Translations under genes and position numbers: made by a program
NCBI GenBank assembly: GCA_048886185.1
Contig: JBHLKY010000048.1
Location: 1-10,619 of the forward strand
Direction of reading: 5' to 3'
DNA length: 10,619 nucleotides
DNA from: Candidatus Hermodarchaeota archaeon
GTDB lineage: Archaea > Asgardarchaeota > Heimdallarchaeia > Hodarchaeales > Hodarchaeaceae
Shown: positions 1 through 5,945 of the stretch, one piece after another
How positions within the stretch are numbered: the first letter of the stretch is position 1
How the letters are laid out: every line of letters starts with the position of its first letter
The notes under the pieces: generated by a model
Seen by the model: only the letters and a program-made list of their open reading frames with translations
What the model was told of the DNA's origin: nothing
Database searches by the model: none

Positions 1-36
1 ATCTTCTCTTCTATCAAACTTAAGAGATATTTTCAT
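1..36 (-). CDS. 5' end of a hypothetical protein running off the left edge (MKISLKFDRRED...)
   Basis: Minus-strand ATG at 36-34 directly after a purine-rich SD-like AGAAGGG. The frame is open to the window edge and is divergent from the 233 gene. Only 12 codons are visible. Confidence 0.35.
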   Translation of the reverse strand, partial: MKISLKFDRRED

Positions 37-232
37 CCCTTCTTTTTATTTAAAATCAGAGATGTTAATTAGACTATTTAGTTTTGCATTAAGTTCGCTT
101 TTTAATCCTTTACGAATTATTTCTCACATGATATCGTGAATAAATAAGGTTGAGAATTGAAATATAATTATAAGTGACTACGCTTCCTACCACCTTAGGA
201 AAATCAAACAACAATTAGTTGGAAATATAAAG

Positions 233-1114
233 ATGGTTCTTAGAAAGGTTAGTTTTCTAGAAGCAACTTCTTTATTAGACTCCAAAGTATATCCCGAAGG
301 GGCACATATGGATATAGAATTTGAATGTCTAGCCTTTGAAAGGTGTTCAGAGAAGAAAACATATGGCCCAGCGCCATACCGATTGTTACGAGTCACAGAC
401 AACCGCCATTCAGTAGTTAGAACGTTGTATATATGGGGTGACCAAGGATATACATATAATATGGATCTTGCCACCTCTCTTAAGAAAGGTGATAAATTAA
501 TAGTATCAAATCCCACAAGACCCCAAAATAATAGCTATTCTCGAGATGAATGGGGAAATAATGCTTTTTGGGTTAAACAGTGGGATGGTAGATCCTCAAA
601 GAAGGGATCACGACTAGCTATGAGAACTGAATCAAAAGAGACATGCAGTGTTTGTAGACGGCCTATAACATCAGAAGAGGAAATTATCTATTGTCCAACG
701 TGTCAGAATCCTTTTCACCCACCTCATTTTGCTGAAAGCCTCAAATTGACTGGAAAATGCCCAATTTGCGCAACAAAAAGCTCTTTCGATAAGATTATGA
801 GGGATATTACAGAGATATTCGATTTTCCAAAAAGTAACCATACCAATACCTTTGTATTAACACGAAAAACTGATAGATTTTACTTAAAAGATAATCATAA
901 GTCCTCAAAGTATGAAGTTATTCCATTAACTTCAACAACCAAAGACTTATTGAAAGAAGTCTGTTTATATATCAAAATGCGAACAGGAGCAGGAGTTAAA
1001 ATTCTATCTAAGTCAGGCCAACAGTTCATTGGTATTTCTTACCAAGATGGAGTTACCCTAGACTTGTTAGAAAAAATAATGCTACAATATGAACAGAACC
1101 TAATACCTGAGTGA
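233..1114 (+). CDS. Multidomain protein: N-terminal OB-fold-like domain, central RING/PHD-type zinc finger, unassigned C-terminal alpha/beta domain
   Basis: 293-aa ORF. Residues ~25-130 carry an RPA/SSB-like OB pattern (LLRVTD...VRTLYIWGD...LKKGDKLIVSN). Residues 138-179 read C-x2-C-x12-C-x2-C-x4-H-x2-H-x10-C-x2-C. Domain calls come from motif recognition only. Confidence 0.75.
   Translation: MVLRKVSFLEATSLLDSKVYPEGAHMDIEFECLAFERCSEKKTYGPAPYRLLRVTDNRHSVVRTLYIWGDQGYTYNMDLATSLKKGDKLIVSNPTRPQNNSYSRDEWGNNAFWVKQWDGRSSKKGSRLAMRTESKETCSVCRRPITSEEEIIYCPTCQNPFHPPHFAESLKLTGKCPICATKSSFDKIMRDITEIFDFPKSNHTNTFVLTRKTDRFYLKDNHKSSKYEVIPLTSTTKDLLKEVCLYIKMRTGAGVKILSKSGQQFIGISYQDGVTLDLLEKIMLQYEQNLIPE
644..769 (+). 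other. Cross-brace zinc finger with 8 ligands (C4-H2-C2), RING-variant/Prok-RING-like
   Basis: CSVC-x12-CPTC-x4-H-PP-H-x10-CPIC, counted directly from the translation (C138, C141, C154, C157, H162, H165, C176, C179). Confidence 0.85.
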
Positions 1115-1207
1115 ATAGGACTTGACAATAATATTTTTTTATAGATATTTTATATCTGAAAATAATATTTAGCTATTTGGTCTGTTTTCCCCCTTTTCCT
1201 TTCTATA

Positions 1208-1852
1208 TCACTCAAAACAGTCTTCAAATCGCTTATCCCAGTCAATTTCATCTTGGGATAGAACTAGTCTACCAATTATAGCGATAGCTGTTTGACGTTG
1301 CTTCATGTCCCAATTAGCTATGATTTCTGCCTGTTTCTCATCAGTATTCTTTAAAACTTTCCGAACTAGTTCACTTTCTCTGATAAATAGGTCTGCAATG
1401 AAATCGTTTAACATTTCTGAAGATTTTAATTTTTTATCACAAGTTTTCTCTATTAATTCACCAATGACGTCGAAAATCTCTTTTTTCTGGCGTTTCACCT
1501 CATAAGAGGTACTGATGGGGAAGAAAAGCTTAGCAGCTCTCATATAAAGGGTTTTGGTTCTAATTTTTTTCATATCTTCAGAATATACTCGCTTTCCTGC
1601 TTGAACAACAAGCTCCACGTCCTCTAGCTTCTTTAGATACCTATAAATGGTTTTTGATGATTTTTCCTGGTCAATAGCTTTTAATGATTCCTCTAATTCA
1701 TCCACTGTCATTGGTCTATTGCTATCCCTTAAAATGAGGAGAATTTGTGATAGATTCGAATCCAATAATGCCTTTTTTGCATTATCATCAGAAATCTCTT
1801 TCATTAGTGGTTGAGAGTAAGTTATAGCGTCAGTAAAAGGAGAATCAGGCAA
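1208..1852 (-). CDS. Winged helix-turn-helix (ArsR-like) transcriptional regulator with a helical C-terminal domain
   Basis: 214 aa, TTG start after an SD-like AGTGAT. The wHTH pattern QILLILR..RPMTVDEL...KSSKTIYRYLKKLEDVELV..AG is followed by a LYMRAAKLF motif resembling regulators I recall from Heimdallarchaeia. Confidence 0.85.
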   Translation of the reverse strand: MPDSPFTDAITYSQPLMKEISDDNAKKALLDSNLSQILLILRDSNRPMTVDELEESLKAIDQEKSSKTIYRYLKKLEDVELVVQAGKRVYSEDMKKIRTKTLYMRAAKLFFPISTSYEVKRQKKEIFDVIGELIEKTCDKKLKSSEMLNDFIADLFIRESELVRKVLKNTDEKQAEIIANWDMKQRQTAIAIIGRLVLSQDEIDWDKRFEDCFE

Positions 1853-1930
1853 TTATATCACTATATAGATATTGAATGATAACGAATTATTAGTATTAGT
1901 GATTTATATAATTCTTGCCTTTACCGAGAA

Positions 1931-1963
1931 TTTTTTATAAGCTAATTTGAGAATATTTTCTCA
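1931..1963 (+). promoter_or_regulatory. TATA-like box plus a 6-4-6 inverted repeat (candidate operator) in the divergent wHTH/NTF2 intergenic region
   Basis: TTTTTTATAA at 1931-1940. TGAGAA-tatt-TTCTCA at 1948-1963 spans the expected transcription start region. Confidence 0.4.
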
Positions 1964-2005
1964 CTTTTATTGAGAAATACTAAAACATTTTTAGGTGTGA
2001 ATAAA

Positions 2006-2413
2006 TTGATTGAAAATCGAAACATAGAATTAGATGCAATTAAAAAAGCTATGGACATCTATTTTGAGGGAATTAAGTCCTTAGATCACGATCAGATTTA
2101 CAAAGTGTTTCATAAAGAAGCTAATTTGATGACGACGAATCCAGAAGGAAAAATCGTCATCCATGAATCCTCTGTGTGGAAAGATATCTGTTTAAACACT
2201 AAGAAGAATATCAAAGATCTTAGTGAATATAGTGTCTCTGCTTCTATTGAAAACATCGACCTGGTGCAAGATACTGCTTCTATTAGAGTAAAAATGAGAA
2301 TGGAAACCCCCGAGAGAATATCAGATTTCAAGGACTACTATCACATGTTGAAAATCGATGGAAACTGGATGATTGTGGCAAAGACCTATCATGGAGACCA
2401 TCATTCAAAATAG
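2006..2413 (+). CDS. NTF2/SnoaL-like fold protein, putative lumazine-binding (Lumazine_bd_2-like) family
   Basis: AIKKAMDIYFEG...D...IYKVFH..A, IENIDLVQDTASIRVKM and DYYHMLKIDGNWMIVAKTY are typical of this family. The longest ORF starts at 1970 (TTG), but the SD-like AGGTGTGA at 1993-2000 favours TTG at 2006. Confidence 0.8.
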   Translation: MIENRNIELDAIKKAMDIYFEGIKSLDHDQIYKVFHKEANLMTTNPEGKIVIHESSVWKDICLNTKKNIKDLSEYSVSASIENIDLVQDTASIRVKMRMETPERISDFKDYYHMLKIDGNWMIVAKTYHGDHHSK

Positions 2414-2415
2414 TA

Positions 2416-2713
2416 AATGATCATTTCAACTATATTTTTAAGGTAAAGACTCCAAACTATACTTCCAATACTTTCTACTTTGGAACTATAACATTGACCA
2501 ATACATTAATTTTTACTACCTGACTTATATGAAACTACTTTAACCATTATAGACTCAGATAATAACATAAATTACTATATTCCAACAAATATCACCATGT
2601 TGAAGAATCTTCCTATTGCTCAGTTCAGTGTGAATAGCATTACCCTTAATGAAGGTGAATATGTACAATTTACTGATGAAAAGGGTGATAAACTCTCAAA
2701 TCTTAAGATTTAG
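2416..2713 (+). pseudogene. Frameshifted internal fragment of a PKD-repeat surface protein
   Basis: Frame 2510-2713 reads LPDLYETTLTIIDSDNN...ITMLKNLPIAQFSVNSITLNEGEYVQFTD, which resembles the end of one PKD unit and the start of the next. The upstream frame (stop 2521-2523) gives FYFGTITLTNT, a possible degenerate WDFGDG-like segment. No start codon or SD is evident. Confidence 0.5.
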
Positions 2714-2923
2714 TAATCTTATGACATTTTCTCTGGATATTTTTACTTTATCCTCCTCTGAGATATTTAACTGATTGATACTTTCCACCATCTTCTTCAA
2801 ACTACCGATTTGATGTAGATAATCACTTCCAGCCAAAATATGATCCGCCCCTGTAAAATCGATGATAATTTGTAACGCTTTTTTACAAAATTGGGAATTA
2901 AGACAAATATTTTGTTTAAATGT
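2696..2923 (-). pseudogene. 3' remnant (75 codons) of an amidohydrolase-2 (ACMSD/LigW-like) gene
   Basis: Manual translation: ...KKALQIIIDFTGADHILAGSDYLHQIGSLKKMVESINQLNISEEDKVKISRENVIRLLNL KI*. This matches the family C-terminus G.D.IL.GSDYPH...N..RLL.L. The frame is bounded upstream by TAA at 2926-2924 and the N-terminal metal-binding part is absent. Confidence 0.8.
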
Positions 2924-3089
2924 TTAATTATCTTTTGTAATTCTTGATTCAATTTCATTTATGGCAAAAAAAAATAGCTTTTACTGCCCAAATCAATTGT
3001 TTAAAAAACAAATTTGTATTCCTTTCTTTTAAAAGCCTTTTATAGAGTCAACTAGAGCACTTTCAATATATAATGGTGGAATATTAAAT

Positions 3090-3713
3090 ATGCGATGGAT
3101 AGAAAAGTTTTCTAAGAATTTAGATCAATATGTGGGAGGAAGAGTGAGGAAAAAGGTAATGGAGGGTAGTGAGGAACTAAAATCAAAATCTAGTGGGGAT
3201 AAGAAAGCTAGGTGGGTGAAAGAAGCTATGGACAGATTTGATGAAATGGTTGAAGAGGAGACCCGAGAGAAGGTGATGACAAGTTGCTCACATGTTTTTC
3301 CTAAAACACGTCTTAGACCACTCAAATCGAAATATACTGAAACAGGTAGTATTGATGCCATCCTCAAACTAATGCATCAGGATCGTTCATGGGGAGGTCT
3401 CTCGTATTATGAGTACCCTAAAAGGGAAGGAAATATAATCTATGTTACGAAAATTCCGTTCAATCCTATGAAATATGAACAATCAGAAGATATAAATGAA
3501 AAAAAATATCATTATTGTCATTGCGGATTAGTTAAAGCTTCTCTTATGGCATCAGATATAAAAATCTCCCCAACATTCTGTTATTGCGGTGCTGGTTGGT
3601 ACAAGACATTGTGGGAAGGGATTCTTGACAAACCTGTGAGAATTGAGGTTCTTCAATCTGTTATTCAAGGTGATGATTGTTGTAAATTTGCTATCCATCT
3701 ACCCCTATCCTGA
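3090..3713 (+). CDS. Cys-rich DUF6144-like protein with a V4R-like C-terminal region (putative ligand/metal-binding)
   Basis: 207 aa with SD-like GGTGGA upstream. Motifs YCHCG, FCYCGAGWYKTLWEGILDKPVRIEVLQSVIQGDDCCKFAI fit the DUF6144 pattern as I recall it. Confidence 0.7.
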   Translation: MRWIEKFSKNLDQYVGGRVRKKVMEGSEELKSKSSGDKKARWVKEAMDRFDEMVEEETREKVMTSCSHVFPKTRLRPLKSKYTETGSIDAILKLMHQDRSWGGLSYYEYPKREGNIIYVTKIPFNPMKYEQSEDINEKKYHYCHCGLVKASLMASDIKISPTFCYCGAGWYKTLWEGILDKPVRIEVLQSVIQGDDCCKFAIHLPLS

Positions 3714-4020
3714 AAATTGTTCAGACCTTGAACTTCAAGAAGCTATTGAAAGTTATTATTCCTATTACGAGAGTAATCATGTTCGTGAGTTTCGACAAGA
3801 ATAGCACTGTATCTGAGTAATAGAAATTTATATTATTCAAGAAGGATTTCAAATGTTTTGTTTCACTCAATATAATCTTGAGATTTTCGTAAATCCTTTT
3901 CCAGATTTCTAATAGCTACTTGTACTAACAGTTCTTTGATAATATTACCTACCACTAAAAATATCTTCTTATATTATGTAACCAGATTAAATTTAGATCA
4001 TAAAATGTTGGTTCTAGCTG

Positions 4021-4587
4021 ATGGCTGGATTAGCACACTTAGGTATTGGACTTTCAGCTAAGCGGTTTGCTCCCACGGAACCATTATGGGGTTTACTAGT
4101 AAGTACATGTCTTCTTGATATCCTATGCTTTGTTTTCTTTTTCCTAGGCATCGAAGAGATGAATAAAGTCTCCTGGTCTCATAGCTTATTAATGGCAGTA
4201 ATCTGGTCACTCCTCTCAATATTTGTTATCGGCGTTCTCAGTCGTAACAAGCGTGTTAGTCTGCTGATTGGATTTCTGGTCTTTAGTCATTGGTTAGTGG
4301 ACTTCATTACCTGGCCAACAGGACCACCACTCTTTCCCATTGAAGTTTCTCCAGAATTAAGCCTTGGTTTGATTAACTTCCTGTATTCCAGTGATATTGG
4401 AATGATTATTGGAATCCTTGTCATCGAATTTGGGAGTTTGATCTTAGGCATCGGAATCTACATTTTGACCAAGAAACGACCCTCTCAGACAGTAGAAGTC
4501 ATTATTCACGAAATTCCTAAAGCTCATTGGGGTATTGATGGGAAACCAGCAACTAAGTTGCTTAAGGATGCAAAACCACCTATCTAG
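4021..4587 (+). CDS. Membrane-bound metal-dependent hydrolase (YdjM/DUF457-like) with an atypical tautomerase-like C-terminal tail
   Basis: Several hydrophobic helices. His/Asp motifs: AHLGIG, LLDIL, WSHSL, SHWLVD. The last ~35 aa are soluble and tautomerase-like. Confidence 0.8.
   Translation: MAGLAHLGIGLSAKRFAPTEPLWGLLVSTCLLDILCFVFFFLGIEEMNKVSWSHSLLMAVIWSLLSIFVIGVLSRNKRVSLLIGFLVFSHWLVDFITWPTGPPLFPIEVSPELSLGLINFLYSSDIGMIIGILVIEFGSLILGIGIYILTKKRPSQTVEVIIHEIPKAHWGIDGKPATKLLKDAKPPI
4480..4587 (+). pseudogene. C-terminal half of a 4-oxalocrotonate tautomerase-family gene fused in frame to the hydrolase
   Basis: PSQTVEVIIHEIPKAHWGIDGKPAT matches the second beta-strand/hairpin consensus P..V.V.I.E.P..WGxGG..A. 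The N-terminal catalytic Pro1 and the helix are missing. Confidence 0.7.
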
Positions 4588-4610
4588 TTCAATCTGATTA
4601 ATAATGCCGC

Positions 4611-4677
4611 TACTACTATAATATTGTGATAACCATCAGAATCAAGATTTATATTCGTACTCTAGCTTGTGGTTGTA
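4611..4677 (-). repeat. Displaced direct copy of 6858-6924 (part of repeat 4 of the surface-protein gene)
   Basis: Manual alignment gives 60/67 identical in the same orientation, including a 24-nt exact run TAATATTGTGATAACCATCAGAAT. It translates as TTTS*STNINLDSDGYHNIIVV versus TTTGQSTSVNLNSDGYHNITVV. Confidence 0.9.
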
Positions 4678-4781
4678 AGAACACAGTTACTTTTATGGTT
4701 CCTAGTGAGTACATGGTATATCTCCAGCACAAATTCTAAGCCCAATCTACTAATTGTTCCCGAAATAAAAATTCGCGACAT
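4662..4781 (-). pseudogene. 39-codon ORF resembling the degenerate N-terminus of a short-chain dehydrogenase (SDR)
   Basis: MSRIFISGTISRLGLEFVLEIY resembles M...ILITGxxxGLGLEFV..Y. The ATG at 4781-4779 has a GAGG SD upstream, and the frame runs into the Ig-repeat scrap. Confidence 0.45.
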
Positions 4782-4830
4782 TAATTTTCCTCATTCAAGA
4801 AAAGATTGTCAATCTAGAAAATGTACTCCT

Positions 4831-5214
4831 TTATTGAGAAAATTCTTCACAATTCTTGCAAAATCCATAAAAATTGGCCTCAGCGGTGTCAATAACAAAA
4901 TCTTTCTGTTTATCGATCATTTTTAAGGCAAATACTATTAATTTTTTCGATTCAAAATCCAAGATTTTCCCACAGGATTTACAGATGATATGATGATGAG
5001 GCTTCATTTTTGCTTCAAATCTTGAAACACCCTTCACATTCACCTCTTTTATCAAGCCATTCTCGGTCAGGACCCTCAAATTCTTGTAAACAGTAGCTTT
5101 AGTTATTCTCGGTAACTTTTGATGTACTTCTTCAAAAATTTCTTCAACAGTTGGATGATTTAGATTGTCTTTGAGGAAATTTAAGATAGCCATTCGTTGA
5201 TTGGTATATTTTAT
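4831..5214 (-). CDS. perR: Fur-family transcriptional regulator, PerR-like (peroxide stress)
   Basis: Motifs: KYTNQR, HPTVEE, ITKATVYKNL, HHHIICKSC and C-terminal CKNC. Asp in GKILDF is PerR-like (Fur usually has Glu). The gene is adjacent to a DPS-like gene. The ORF track start (5193) truncates the TxQR motif, so the start is placed at ATA 5214-5212, 9 nt after the SD AGGAG. Confidence 0.8.
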   Translation of the reverse strand: MKYTNQRMAILNFLKDNLNHPTVEEIFEEVHQKLPRITKATVYKNLRVLTENGLIKEVNVKGVSRFEAKMKPHHHIICKSCGKILDFESKKLIVFALKMIDKQKDFVIDTAEANFYGFCKNCEEFSQ

Positions 5215-5299
5215 TGGTAAGATCTCCTGAAAAATGGTTTGATATCATTCTTTTGACTGATGCCAAGAGAGATTTCAGCTAATTTTCAAATATTTTTCT

Positions 5300-5314
5300 G
5301 TTTATTCATTATAA
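5300..5314 (-). promoter_or_regulatory. Per-box-like site / TATA-like element upstream of perR
   Basis: Minus strand TTATAAT-G-AATAAAC matches 11/14 of the Bacillus Per box TTATAATnATTATAA. The region is AT-rich, so specificity is low. Confidence 0.35.
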
Positions 5315-5329
5315 TCCAATTAAAGACGT

Positions 5330-5356
5330 AAAAAAAAAGAGGAAAAAGAGGGGAGA
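5330..5356 (-). terminator. Archaeal-type polypyrimidine/oligo-T terminator after dpsL
   Basis: A continuous pyrimidine tract ending in T9 (A9 at 5330-5338 on +) follows the TAA directly on the minus strand. Confidence 0.6.
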
Positions 5357-5920
5357 TTAATGAAGGAACTTTGAAACATATGGGCTATTGACTCCATTGG
5401 GCCTGAGAAAATGGCCTGATGGCCCTTTTCCTAAAAATTCTGTGAACCACGCCTCATGTTCAATCTCCTCATGCAATATTGCCAATGCAAGATCATATGT
5501 TCTGTGATCTTTTCCAAAGGTCATATTACAGATCTCTGTGTAACCTCGGACAGCACATTGTTCTGCTTTTAGGAGGATTTTTACTATCTCTTCAATTTCA
5601 GCTTTATCTTTTGGTAAATATGCAGGAGGACACGCAGAGATATCATGAAACTCATTCATATTTTCAGGTAATTTTCCACCAAGCTCATAGATCCTTGGGA
5701 CTAATGCCTCGAAGTGATTTCTATCTTCAATTCGTGCATCTTCGGCTATTTTCTTTAGTCCTTCTCCATCGAATCCGATGAGATTTACCCGTAAGATGGT
5801 ATAATAGTAGTATGTTGTTAATTCTGCGGAGGCATTTTTAACAAGAAGTTCCAATAGTTTCTCAACATCTACTCCAGCTTTTTCTACCATTTTTCTTGCT
5901 ACTTCGGCAGTCATATTCAT
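5357..5920 (-). CDS. dpsL: DPS-like protein (DPSL, thioferritin; ferritin superfamily)
   Basis: [58 protein letters not shown] and EEIEHEAWF show the di-iron ligands and the thioferritin Cys pair. The start may be the second ATG (5914), which is 9 nt after AGGA. Confidence 0.95.
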   Translation of the reverse strand: MNMTAEVARKMVEKAGVDVEKLLELLVKNASAELTTYYYYTILRVNLIGFDGEGLKKIAEDARIEDRNHFEALVPRIYELGGKLPENMNEFHDISACPPAYLPKDKAEIEEIVKILLKAEQCAVRGYTEICNMTFGKDHRTYDLALAILHEEIEHEAWFTEFLGKGPSGHFLRPNGVNSPYVSKFLH

Positions 5921-5945
5921 ACTTCCTTTTGTGATTACTTGATTT

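Noticed and set aside
116-156. Imperfect inverted repeats in the first divergent intergenic region (TTCTCA...TGAGAA; TCAC-N8-GTGA)
   Set aside because: Short and gapped, with orientation and spacing different from the 1948-1963 site, so a shared operator cannot be supported.
187-516. 109-aa minus-strand ORF
   Set aside because: Antisense shadow of the OB/RING gene with no recognisable motif.
1305-1505. 66-aa plus-strand ORF
   Set aside because: Entirely antisense within the wHTH gene.
2110-2331. 73-aa minus-strand ORF
   Set aside because: Antisense within the NTF2-like gene.
3125-3367. 80-aa minus-strand ORF
   Set aside because: Antisense within the DUF6144-like gene.
3718-3973. Two short convergent protein-like frames (+ 3718-3804 SDLELQEAIESYYSYYESNHVREFRQE; - 3973-3863 ...VGNIIKELLVQVAIRNLEKDLRKSQDYIE)
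   Set aside because: They could be further remnants, but I recognise no family and frames this short arise by chance. A blastx would decide.
4669-4926. 85-aa plus-strand ORF
   Set aside because: Overlaps the perR 3' end and the SDR-like remnant on the opposite strand, with no family features.
5479-5781. 100-aa plus-strand ORF
   Set aside because: Antisense within the well-supported dpsL.
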